A stretch of 64,000 bases of DNA from a virus. Location: IMG/VR virus record IMGVR_UViG_3300027969_000050, positions 1-64,000 of that record; one strand, written 5' to 3'. A program made the position numbers and the translations under genes. Shown here in pieces: positions 28,955 through 39,100 of this stretch; the stretch's first letter is position 1; every line of letters starts with the position of its first letter. The notes under the pieces were generated by a model. The model worked only from the letters and a program-made list of their open reading frames with translations, ran no database searches and was not told the DNA's origin.

Positions 28955-31427
28955 TACCCAGCAGTTCCTTCAATAAAGAAAGAATAGGATCGTCATTATC
29001 GCGCTCATGTTCAGGTTGATCAACGTGATCCATGAAGTGATCCCAGAAATCGCTAATAAGCTTCACTGGTTCTGAATCTTTATCAACGCCAAATATGTCG
29101 GCAATTTCTTCTACTGAAAAAGGTTCTTGGTCATGACTGACCGTGACGACAACTGCGCCGGGATCTTGCTTTGATCCGCCAATGTCGTTGACAGAATAGT
29201 CCTTCTGCCAATCCGAATTGTCATCTTCCTTTTTCTGATGCGGGTCAATTTTATCAGGGTCCGTAATGTCATTGGCCGGAATTTCGCTGTGGCTTGACGG
29301 ATGCTCGTCTGCGTCATCGCGCTCCGCGTTTTTTACATGGGTCATGTATTGCGTTGGTGCCAACCCTTGCATTTGATAATCAGTACCATTAACCAGTTTT
29401 TTGAGCATGTCTAGCTTGGAGTCAGGCTTGCCATCCTCAGAAGTCTGGGCGGGTTTTTCTTCTCCGTTTGGAATCATATCAGAGATAATTCCGGAGTCTT
29501 TGTTGTGAGTCAAAAATTGAACTGGTGGCAAATTGTTCATTTTGTATTCGACGTTATCAATTGGGAGACTTGGCATTTTCGGGCGTCCTTTAGGCGGTTT
29601 GGTTCTAGTTTTTGTACGAGGGGGTTTTGGCGTAGGTTTCTGACGCCGCCCCCCTGCCCCTGCTGCTGCTGCTCCCGCCGCCGCTGCGGCCCCCGGTCCT
29701 ATTTTAGGAAAAGGGGCAGGCGTGGGTTGAGGGGAAGGAGCAGTTTTTGGAGCAGGGCTAGGAGCGGGAGCGGGAGCAGGTGAAGGTTTTGGACTCGGAG
29801 CTGGTTTCGGCGTGGGGGAAGGATTGGGACGCAGATTGTCAATTTCTTTTTTCTCTTGGGGCGATATCGTATCGGCACCGCTGGCGTCAAGGCCTTTTCC
29901 TGTTGGATTATCAAGACCAAGAATCCCAGTTGGATTTTCTTCAAGAAAACCAAGTGGAAGAGTGGCAAGACCGAGTGCCTTTGGCGCTAATTTCTTGCCG
30001 ACGCCAATAGCCTTTGGAATAACGTCTTCTGCCACCGGAGCAACTTTCTTTGCAACGTCGTCTATAGCGCCCTTGCCCGCATCAACAATATCATCAAGAA
30101 AATTACCACCGTTGGGTTTAGGAGCTGCTGGCTCAACAGGAGCTTGTGGCGCTGTTTGAGGTGCTGGTCGGCCTTGCATGTCTGGTCTAGTAGCCGGTCC
30201 CTCAACTGGGTGGTTTGTGTCCATGTAGTTTTTTAGCCACTGCTGCGCCTGAGGACTCATAGGCCCCGAACCCTTAAATGGGTTGTACGCCATCATGTCG
30301 TCCCAATTGTTCAGCGGGGGATTTAAAACCATTGGGGCAGACGTCTTTGCTTCATGCGGATCCATAATATTTTGCTCTGCAAGCCAACGCAGGGCCTCTT
30401 TTTGCTCTTCCGTAATTTCAGGATGCTGGCCAAGCCAGTCAAAGAGCGGATCAAGGGAATCAAAGTCCGAAACGCGCTGAAGGACCTCCCCAAGCTCAGG
30501 ATGAGAAGTGGCAATGGGAATCTGAGTATCCCCGGCTTTATACCCAGCGTGGCTGGCGCTGATTCCGTCTTTTAGGCTCTCCTGATCCCCACTCAGATAT
30601 GGAACTCCGTAAGTATGAGCCTGAGTCGCGTAGAGGGCGCGGGAAAGATTTGTGTTGTCATCATGGAACAACCCATTTCTTTCCTTGCCCGGAAGATCCA
30701 AAACAGATTCATGAATCGCATGTTCTTTTCCATGCTCTTCGCTCTTCTGATTAATAATTTTTTGTTGAAGCTCCGGAAGACCTTCAGGCCTTCCTGTCTC
30801 AATAACCGACTTAAGAACCTCGAGATACTCGGGATCCGGATGCGAAATCATAAAAGTTTTAGGCGGATGATCGGGCAGCATGTACTCGCCCATCAACTGC
30901 CTGCCCATTTCCTGTGAGTAAGGCTCTCCGTCAATTACTACAGGAGGCTGAAAATCCCCCAAAGACATATTTGCAACCCCGGTGGTTGCTCCATGCCAGC
31001 CCGGAGTGCCATCAACTAGTTTTGCTTCAACCGTAGGGCTGTCGCTAGGAGTAGGAGGCATCACCGAACCAATCTCGGCGTCTCCCTCAATGCTGTGTTC
31101 CTCAGCAGAAGTAATCCACCAAGGAAGAATCGGCTCCATGTCAAACGTTTCCCGTTTAACGGAACCGCTGAACTCGTCGCGCTTATTGCGATTTTGCCAG
31201 CCGTTGTCAGCGAGAATTCCAGATTTGAGAGGGTTTCCGCTCATATCGCTGTTTAGACCGCCGTCTCCAGCGGCCTCGGGCATTTCCTTCATTGCCATAT
31301 CCATATCAGAGATGGTTGGACTAGGCTGGTCCCGATAAGGGCGGTTGCAGTTAGGACAGCCTTCGCTGACACCCTTACTTTTACCGGGGGACCAGAACTG
31401 CCCGCCGCATTCGCAATGTTCTTCCAT
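28929..31427 (-). CDS. Large putative internal head/ejection protein
   Basis: N-terminal Zn ribbon, amphipathic segment, Pro-Ala-Lys linker; late motif at start. Confidence 0.55.
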   Translation of the reverse strand: MEEHCECGGQFWSPGKSKGVSEGCPNCNRPYRDQPSPTISDMDMAMKEMPEAAGDGGLNSDMSGNPLKSGILADNGWQNRNKRDEFSGSVKRETFDMEPILPWWITSAEEHSIEGDAEIGSVMPPTPSDSPTVEAKLVDGTPGWHGATTGVANMSLGDFQPPVVIDGEPYSQEMGRQLMGEYMLPDHPPKTFMISHPDPEYLEVLKSVIETGRPEGLPELQQKIINQKSEEHGKEHAIHESVLDLPGKERNGLFHDDNTNLSRALYATQAHTYGVPYLSGDQESLKDGISASHAGYKAGDTQIPIATSHPELGEVLQRVSDFDSLDPLFDWLGQHPEITEEQKEALRWLAEQNIMDPHEAKTSAPMVLNPPLNNWDDMMAYNPFKGSGPMSPQAQQWLKNYMDTNHPVEGPATRPDMQGRPAPQTAPQAPVEPAAPKPNGGNFLDDIVDAGKGAIDDVAKKVAPVAEDVIPKAIGVGKKLAPKALGLATLPLGFLEENPTGILGLDNPTGKGLDASGADTISPQEKKEIDNLRPNPSPTPKPAPSPKPSPAPAPAPSPAPKTAPSPQPTPAPFPKIGPGAAAAAGAAAAGAGGRRQKPTPKPPRTKTRTKPPKGRPKMPSLPIDNVEYKMNNLPPVQFLTHNKDSGIISDMIPNGEEKPAQTSEDGKPDSKLDMLKKLVNGTDYQMQGLAPTQYMTHVKNAERDDADEHPSSHSEIPANDITDPDKIDPHQKKEDDNSDWQKDYSVNDIGGSKQDPGAVVVTVSHDQEPFSVEEIADIFGVDKDSEPVKLISDFWDHFMDHVDQPEHERDNDDPILSLLKELLGNERDNGSK

Positions 31428-31475
31428 CACCCGTTACGGGTCCGAAGGAAGAAGTTTAGAAATCGTTCCCGGCTG

Positions 31476-31853
31476 TTAGCCGAACTTACCGAAACCGCAA
31501 AGGCGAGCATGAACTCGGATATTCGCATTGGAACTAGCCGTGGCCTTGAAACGAACGCGCCAAAACGATCCATACACGGGATCGTCAAAAACTACGCCCT
31601 TGCTGCTGGTCGTAGTATTTGCAGTAGAGGTAGACGAAGACGCTGCCGTTACGGCAATTGCGTGACTGTAGTCCCAAACTGCGCTAGACGGTGAAGTTTC
31701 CGCAATTGGGTCAAAGCTTTGTTCTACCCAAAGAGTTCCGTCTTGGGTTGCATTTGCTGTGCCTCTAATAAAGTCGTACCAGTCTGTACGCTTGGTCTCA
31801 CTGACGTAAATTTCGTCAGCGGGCAGTGTGATATTAGATCCGAGATAAGCCAT
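31476..31853 (-). CDS. Small beta-sandwich virion protein
   Basis: GTLWVEQSFD..WD..FWRVRF pattern. Confidence 0.5.
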   Translation of the reverse strand: MAYLGSNITLPADEIYVSETKRTDWYDFIRGTANATQDGTLWVEQSFDPIAETSPSSAVWDYSHAIAVTAASSSTSTANTTTSSKGVVFDDPVYGSFWRVRFKATASSNANIRVHARLCGFGKFG

Positions 31854-31860
31854 TCAGGTA

Positions 31861-32091
31861 TTAACCTTCGGCCTTACTCGTTTTAACGCTCTTCGGTTCA
31901 GACTTAGCAGCTTCCTTGTCTGCTTTTGCAGATGCCTCTTTAGCGTTTTTCTTTGCTTCCTCCTGAACCAGCTCGGTCAGAACCTGAATTCGGCCCATTC
32001 TGCTCGCTCGATCTTTTTCGAGATTGGTGAGCTGATCGATTAGCTGATTGTATTCCTCAACCTCTTGGTTAAGCTTGTCTTGAAGGCTCAT
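31861..32091 (-). CDS. Small coiled-coil protein
   Basis: ATG 32091 after GAAAGGA. Confidence 0.6.
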   Translation of the reverse strand: MSLQDKLNQEVEEYNQLIDQLTNLEKDRASRMGRIQVLTELVQEEAKKNAKEASAKADKEAAKSEPKSVKTSKAEG

Positions 32092-33127
32092 AGTTCCTTT
32101 CGAATGGTGGAGTCTTGGTTTCATCATACCAGCCGTCCTCGGCCAGAGTCTGCAAATGCTTGAAGTAATAATCGTACTGGGGTCCGATCGCGTCCAGAGA
32201 CCAAGTTGCTTGGGCGTGCTTGCGGATAGCTTTCTTGTCTAGCTTGTCGGCGTTCTCTACAGCCCACATGAACTCGCCAAGACGATGGCAGCGATAACCG
32301 CTGACGCCCTGCTCAACAGTCTCAGTAAACGCGCCCCAGTCAGTTGACACAACAGGAGTTCCACAAAGCTGAGCCTCAACGGCAATACAACCAAATGGCT
32401 CAATATAAGTCGTAGGACAGATCAGGGCATGAGCGCCAGCCATAAGCTCGCCTCGCTCCTCAGGACCAACATTGCCAAGAGCCTCACCATAGTCAGGAAT
32501 CCAATCTCCGGCCCCAGCGAGCTTAAGGGGCATGTCAAGCCTCTTTGCTGTCTCCGTGACGATCTCAATGCCCTTACGCTGCGTCAGGCGGCCAACGTAC
32601 AGGAGATAGTCTCCGCCAGTAGCCTCTGGGAAATCCTCAGGCTCGAAATAGGCAGGAATGACGGCATCGTAAAACGAACCGTCCGCCGAGTTGCTTCCCC
32701 GCTGCTGGCCATAGCAAGTATGTTGCCAAGCTCGAGATTCAAAAACCTTATACGGAGCGAAGCAACCTCCGTAACCGATTCCGTATTCAACCGGATACAG
32801 GTCAGGAAAAGCGTTCATCAAAGAGGTCTGGCAGTTGCCTCCCATTAATCCGAGAACATCGTCCTTTTCGCAGCGCGCACGGATCTCTTTGATTGCAGCG
32901 TCATTGAAAGGTTGCCAACCCTCCTGAGTGAACGGAGGAGGATCGCAGGACGGATAGCAAACCACATGCTCGCCATCGTGGGCGTATTCCTCATCACCAT
33001 AGATGATTACCTCGTGTCCAAGGGGAGTCATCATGTCAGCGAACTTGCGGACCTTCTGAGTAAAAGCGCAAACGCTGTTCTCTTTAGTTACTGGCTGTCC
33101 GGGAAGTGCCGCTAGATGAAATCTCAT
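32069..33127 (-). CDS. Glycosyltransferase, GT-B family 4
   Basis: YLLYVGRLTQRKG, EPFGCIAVEAQLCGTPVVSTDWGAFTETV (EX7E). Confidence 0.92.
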   Translation of the reverse strand: MRFHLAALPGQPVTKENSVCAFTQKVRKFADMMTPLGHEVIIYGDEEYAHDGEHVVCYPSCDPPPFTQEGWQPFNDAAIKEIRARCEKDDVLGLMGGNCQTSLMNAFPDLYPVEYGIGYGGCFAPYKVFESRAWQHTCYGQQRGSNSADGSFYDAVIPAYFEPEDFPEATGGDYLLYVGRLTQRKGIEIVTETAKRLDMPLKLAGAGDWIPDYGEALGNVGPEERGELMAGAHALICPTTYIEPFGCIAVEAQLCGTPVVSTDWGAFTETVEQGVSGYRCHRLGEFMWAVENADKLDKKAIRKHAQATWSLDAIGPQYDYYFKHLQTLAEDGWYDETKTPPFERNYEPSRQA

Positions 33128-33270
33128 CCTGACTTGTTGCCCAGATAGATCTGGAGGTTTCTGTCTCGCAGGTCTTTGCGATTTCTTCTTGCTTTGGCAT
33201 CGCTTCGAGCAAAAATAAGGAACGAGATCGCTTGGGTGGTATACAAGAATGGAAGTATCAACTTATTCAT
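33124..33270 (-). CDS. 48-aa hydrophobic/basic peptide (not in ORF track)
   Basis: MNKLILPFLYTTQAISFLIFARSDAKARRNRKDLRDRNLQIYLGNKSG; TAATG overlap at start and ATGA overlap at stop. Confidence 0.65.
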   Translation of the reverse strand: MNKLILPFLYTTQAISFLIFARSDAKARRNRKDLRDRNLQIYLGNKSG

Positions 33271-33878
33271 TATGACCTTTCAGGGAAAAGAGTTTCCAGA
33301 CCAATCTCTTGCCTCGCCTCAGTTCTCCAAGCCGGTTCGTCTTCTGGTTTGGCTCCATCAAATCTCCACTGGAAAAGCTCTGCCATTCTAGAATTGGGAT
33401 CTTTTAAACTTGCAAAAAGTGTAATCTCATCGTTTGCTATTTCGCCCTTTTCAAAGCCTGTGAGAAGAAAACGACCATAAGAACTTTCTTCATTTGGAAG
33501 GAAAATCTTCATGTCGTCAACATAAGTTGCAGCAAAGGTCTTCATTTCTTGAGAGGCAAGATTTTTTATTGGAGCGTCTGAAGTTCGATCACAAAGTCCA
33601 CTTCCCCAAATCATTAGCACCTTGCCGTCTTCTTGTTTTTGAAAATATAGTTCTTGATTACCTGATTCCCAAACTACAGCTATTCTTGCCCATACTCCCG
33701 GCCCCGGCCAAGCATCATAATTAACTTGATCTCTTGGAAGGTCTATATTGTCAAGAGTGATAATTTCTGGATTCTTATACTCCCAATTTGAGTAAAAAAG
33801 AATTGTTTTATCAGAAATCTTGAAAGCTTGATCTAGAGATTCAGTTGCACCCTCGCCAAGCAAATCGTCAAGGTTCAT
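33270..33878 (-). CDS. Hypothetical protein in AT-rich tail fibre block
   Basis: 202 aa ORF with GAGG SD. Confidence 0.6.
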   Translation of the reverse strand: MNLDDLLGEGATESLDQAFKISDKTILFYSNWEYKNPEIITLDNIDLPRDQVNYDAWPGPGVWARIAVVWESGNQELYFQKQEDGKVLMIWGSGLCDRTSDAPIKNLASQEMKTFAATYVDDMKIFLPNEESSYGRFLLTGFEKGEIANDEITLFASLKDPNSRMAELFQWRFDGAKPEDEPAWRTEARQEIGLETLFPERS

Positions 33879-33880
33879 CT

Positions 33881-34147
33881 TTAAACCTCTTCAACTTTAA
33901 TAATCATTTTAACTTCTCTATCGGGATTAGGCTTTACGTAAACAGTGTGATCCATCACGCTTTCAAAATTCAGAGTGAGACGATTAGACCAAAGCTCTTT
34001 ATCAGTCGAAATCTCTCCGCCGTCGCCAATAACATAAGCTTCTTCGCTACCTCTAATGATTAGCATTAAAGGCTCAAGGAAACCACCGACAGTTACCTCG
34101 TTTTGCGCTACTAAAACTCTCGACTCTCCATCAAAAATATGATACAT
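33881..34147 (-). CDS. Hypothetical protein, possible fibre assembly chaperone
   Basis: AAGGA SD; directly after collar-fibre genes. Confidence 0.5.
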   Translation of the reverse strand: MYHIFDGESRVLVAQNEVTVGGFLEPLMLIIRGSEEAYVIGDGGEISTDKELWSNRLTLNFESVMDHTVYVKPNPDREVKMIIKVEEV

Positions 34148-34160
34148 AAATTCCTTTGCT

Positions 34161-35216
34161 TTATAGTTTAATAATGTAGTTTAAAGCTATTTCAGGCTGA
34201 ACATTTGTGTGCGCTGAAGATGCTGCAACTTCAGTATTAGAAGTTACAGCAAGACCGTTGAGCGTTCCACCACTGAAAGATATATCAGCAGTCACAGAAG
34301 TATAATATTGATTTCCGGCTTGGTAGCCGTCTGGATGGTATAGCGCAGCGTCAGCATTTTTGGTATCGACGGTAGTTCCGGCAAACTTCTGCTGATGAGC
34401 GTGGCCTGACTGCGCCACATTTCCTCCGTGATTATGAGTTACCTGATTTACAGAATGCCTGTGATTTTTAACACCAGTTTGACCGACAGTTAAAAGATGA
34501 GAAGTAGAGCCTGACCAAGTTCCGAGTCCTCCATCGCCCTCGGTGCTTGTGACCGTAAACGAATCTATCCAGTAATACGCTGACAAACCGAAGAAGCCTG
34601 ATCTATCACTCATAGCAAATTGAGCGCCGGTTACATTTGAAGTGGGTGTCCAATCAATAGTATAGGTGTTCCAGATACCCGCAGTAAAAGTAGTAATTCC
34701 ATCTTTGAATGCCTGATTAGAAGTTGAAAAATCTCCAAAGTATCCATATAGCCAAGCATTGGCAGAAGCTCTCATCTTCCAAGCAATTGTGTAGGTCACT
34801 CCAGCAACAAAAGTTCCATTGAGGGTGGTCGCAATGCTGTCTGAAAAATCAAGAACATTGGAAGCGCCAGTATTATCCCACCTGCCTGAAGCTGGTGAAG
34901 AATCAAACACGGAAGTGTCACGAGTTATTGTGCTGGTGCTAGCAGTCCAGCCAGTTGTATTCGTATCAAAGGTAGGATTTGTAAAGGACACCTCTGTACC
35001 AGTTCGTGGTCCTACTGGAACTCTAGATCCCAGATTTGGAACAGCGAATGAAGACTGGCCGGTGCCACCATAGGTTGTTCCTATAACAGACCAAAGCTTG
35101 GCGTAATTAGAATCGTTTCCATTGTATGTAGACCCATCGCAAGAAACCCAGTTAGTAGGAATAACTGGAGAAGAATGAGGAGTAATTGTTCCCGTGGGAA
35201 AGTCAAAAACAGGCAT
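34161..35216 (-). CDS. Tail collar-domain fibre with inserted CBM4/9-like carbohydrate-binding module
   Basis: PTGTI..WVSCDG..LWSVIGTTYGG..FAVPNL; NPTFDTNTTGW..WIDSFTV insert; HxH motifs; HTNVQPEIALNYIIK. Confidence 0.85.
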   Translation of the reverse strand: MPVFDFPTGTITPHSSPVIPTNWVSCDGSTYNGNDSNYAKLWSVIGTTYGGTGQSSFAVPNLGSRVPVGPRTGTEVSFTNPTFDTNTTGWTASTSTITRDTSVFDSSPASGRWDNTGASNVLDFSDSIATTLNGTFVAGVTYTIAWKMRASANAWLYGYFGDFSTSNQAFKDGITTFTAGIWNTYTIDWTPTSNVTGAQFAMSDRSGFFGLSAYYWIDSFTVTSTEGDGGLGTWSGSTSHLLTVGQTGVKNHRHSVNQVTHNHGGNVAQSGHAHQQKFAGTTVDTKNADAALYHPDGYQAGNQYYTSVTADISFSGGTLNGLAVTSNTEVAASSAHTNVQPEIALNYIIKL

Positions 35217-35965
35217 TATGTTTTGATGATGAAGTTTAGAACTAGAGAAGGCTGAGAGTTAGGATGAGGGTGCAAGGCGCTTGCTGATTTATATCCTACC
35301 ACGCCGAGGTTTCCAGCGCCATCTGTAATGTTTGAGCTTTCGGAGCTAATTGAATAAACAGCGTTGGCCGATCCACTGCCCGAATTACCGCCCGTATAGT
35401 AAGTACCCGGCTGACCAAAATAATCCGTGAAGTAATTAACAGGATTACTACCTGATTTAGTGTTAGGAGCAATAGACACTCCATACTGATGTCTATGATT
35501 AGTATTGGTACTTATTGGGTGCGCGCCTTGCGCAGTTCCGTGATCTGATTCTGTAATTGCGTGACTATGCAAAGGAAAACCAGATTCTGCTGCTGAAAGC
35601 GTAACCGGCGTTGCTCCTACCTGCTGGCCAATGGTTCTAGCTGTTAAAGCCGATCCGCCAGTAATTAGTCCTGTCCCTGATGTTGCTCCACCAGTTCCTG
35701 TTCCTACTCCCATAGGTGAGCGTTTGGTGAAATCTGGTAGGCGGAAATTACCCGCTGCTTCACCGCCAGTATTGAATCCGCCTGCTATTGCTGTGTTTAG
35801 TGACGGGTAAGTAGTTGCCGATACGACTGTTCCGTCACAGATCAGCCAGCCTGTAGGCGCCGATGATCCAGCATAAGAAACGATAGTTCCTGTTGGTGGA
35901 GGAATAACCTTGTAAGGTTTTTTCGCTCCAGTATTTCGATAAAAAGTAAAGGTAGATCGCTTCAT
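35216..35965 (-). CDS. Tail collar-domain fibre protein
   Basis: PTGTIVSYAGSSAPTGWLICDG..FRLPDF; HxH; SQPSLVLNFIIKT. Confidence 0.88.
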   Translation of the reverse strand: MKRSTFTFYRNTGAKKPYKVIPPPTGTIVSYAGSSAPTGWLICDGTVVSATTYPSLNTAIAGGFNTGGEAAGNFRLPDFTKRSPMGVGTGTGGATSGTGLITGGSALTARTIGQQVGATPVTLSAAESGFPLHSHAITESDHGTAQGAHPISTNTNHRHQYGVSIAPNTKSGSNPVNYFTDYFGQPGTYYTGGNSGSGSANAVYSISSESSNITDGAGNLGVVGYKSASALHPHPNSQPSLVLNFIIKT

Positions 35966-36663
35966 TATGTCTTAATAATAAAATTAACGACTAGGCAAGG
36001 CTTTACGTTTTGATGAGCGTCTCCTGATTGCCCTGCTTCGTCTTGAGTTGTGGTAACGCCAGACTTTCCAGCCGGAATACTTCCTCCCGGATAAGCATAT
36101 GTTGTATAAGAAAAGTAAGGGCCAGCAGTGTTGGCCATTATGATCCCTCCTGCTCCGCTCTGAGTTTTATAAGCAAAGTAAGATGAGTTAATAGTGTGGT
36201 TATGAGAACTAGAACCACTAATGCTGTGTGTATGAGCCGAGGAGCCAATCGTATGATCGTGGCTTGGCAGAGCAGATTCAGAAGTTGAAAGGGCGACAGT
36301 TTCTCTCCCCGCCCAATCACCAAGAGTTCTAGCGGCAACTGAAGTGCCGTAGGCAATAGATCCTTTTCCGCCGCTATTAATTCCAGCGCCAGCACGATTG
36401 CCTACAGGAATTCTGCCTCTTAGATCTGGTACTCGAAAATGAGTCGTTCCAGCGGCGCTGGAACCATTTGTCAGAGATCCGTAATTAGTACCAACTGCTT
36501 GATATAGATCAGGATAGCTGCCAATTGCTACTTCTTGCCCCTGACATAAAAGCCAGCCACCCGGCGCAGTAGAGGAGGCATATTGAACAATTAGTCCAGC
36601 AGTATTACGCTCTTCTTCGGTGTACTTTTCTTTGCCTGTACTAGTAAAAAATCCCCACGCCAT
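35965..36663 (-). CDS. Tail collar-domain fibre protein
   Basis: AGLIVQYASSTAPGGWLLCQG..FRVPDLRGR; HxH; HQNVKPCLVVNFIIKT. Confidence 0.88.
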   Translation of the reverse strand: MAWGFFTSTGKEKYTEEERNTAGLIVQYASSTAPGGWLLCQGQEVAIGSYPDLYQAVGTNYGSLTNGSSAAGTTHFRVPDLRGRIPVGNRAGAGINSGGKGSIAYGTSVAARTLGDWAGRETVALSTSESALPSHDHTIGSSAHTHSISGSSSHNHTINSSYFAYKTQSGAGGIIMANTAGPYFSYTTYAYPGGSIPAGKSGVTTTQDEAGQSGDAHQNVKPCLVVNFIIKT

Positions 36664-37292
36664 TAGCCAACCCTAATCGGTACGACTGAAAGGCTTGCGT
36701 TGTAAAGAGTCAACGTAGTGGACCCCGCTGAGGTTTTGTAGTAGCGTTGAAGAATCACAGTGTTAGCGGTTGACATCGTGACCCTTCCAGCAGCACTCAG
36801 CCAGTACGCAACAGCCGCCGTAGTCTGCTCTAACAAACCGGTCGTAGCCTCAAGCGCGCCTGACGGCTCTGTAGCGTTTAGTTTTACACCAACTGCTAGG
36901 GTTCCCGTCGCTGTGTTGTTTAGTCCTGCCGCGTGCCGGACGTAATACTCCCCAGCGAGCGGCACCGTTACGCGAGGATCCAGCGTTGCGCTGATCTGGC
37001 TCCACGTAGATGCAGCAACACTCGCGCTTGTCGCGCCTGCTGAAGCGTGACTGATTGGCGCAGCCCCTACTACTTCCCACTTGTAACTTGATGATGATGC
37101 CGCCCGATACCTGAGAAGCCAAACGGCACCAACATCAGCCATCGAGTTAGTAGCGCCACCACCAGTACCAGCCGTAGAAGACTGGTAAAAAACCTCTTGC
37201 CCATTAACAGGAGAAGAAGGAAGCGTGGACACAAGTTCCCGGCCAGTGTTGGTCTTAAGGAAACCAGCAGGGTTATAAAAATTCCAACTCAT
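36663..37292 (-). CDS. Putative tail fibre/receptor-binding subunit
   Basis: LPSSPVNGQ..W..RY..YKW motif followed by beta-rich domain. Confidence 0.55.
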   Translation of the reverse strand: MSWNFYNPAGFLKTNTGRELVSTLPSSPVNGQEVFYQSSTAGTGGGATNSMADVGAVWLLRYRAASSSSYKWEVVGAAPISHASAGATSASVAASTWSQISATLDPRVTVPLAGEYYVRHAAGLNNTATGTLAVGVKLNATEPSGALEATTGLLEQTTAAVAYWLSAAGRVTMSTANTVILQRYYKTSAGSTTLTLYNASLSVVPIRVG

Positions 37293-37642
37293 TATGTTAA
37301 CTGTACACCATAGACGGTCACAGTGATAGTGGCGGCTCCAGCTTGGGCGTAGATTGTCTCGCCCGCCGCCATCGTGAGCGTTCCGTCGAACTCAGCAAAG
37401 CCACTAGCATCAATTGAGACCGCAGGAAGAATTGCCGATGCGACAACATCGCCAGACATCAATGCGTCACCATGATGCCAAAGTTTAATGGTCGTCGAAT
37501 TAGTGGCGTGAGTATTGACAATCCTGATCGATTTGACAATCGCTGATGTAGCAGCCGGTACGGTATAAATGACACCAGTGGCGCTGCTTGGCAAAACCGT
37601 GTTCGCCGCCAATCCAGCTAGTTTTTTGTACGTTTCAGCCAT
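37292..37642 (-). CDS. Small virion structural protein
   Basis: YTVPAATSAIVKSIRIVN..LTMAAGETI..VYGVQ, typical fibre-adjacent beta protein. Confidence 0.65.
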   Translation of the reverse strand: MAETYKKLAGLAANTVLPSSATGVIYTVPAATSAIVKSIRIVNTHATNSTTIKLWHHGDALMSGDVVASAILPAVSIDASGFAEFDGTLTMAAGETIYAQAGAATITVTVYGVQLT

Positions 37643-37652
37643 AATCTCTTTC

Positions 37653-39053
<1,401 letters not shown>

Positions 39054-39100
39054 ACCTACCCTTTAAGGACTCGGAACAGACGCCAAGTCTAGCAAGGAGA

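Noticed and set aside
34161-36663. Diversity-generating retroelement or invertible fibre switch
   Set aside because: No reverse transcriptase, recombinase, template/variable repeat pair or flanking inverted repeats seen in the window
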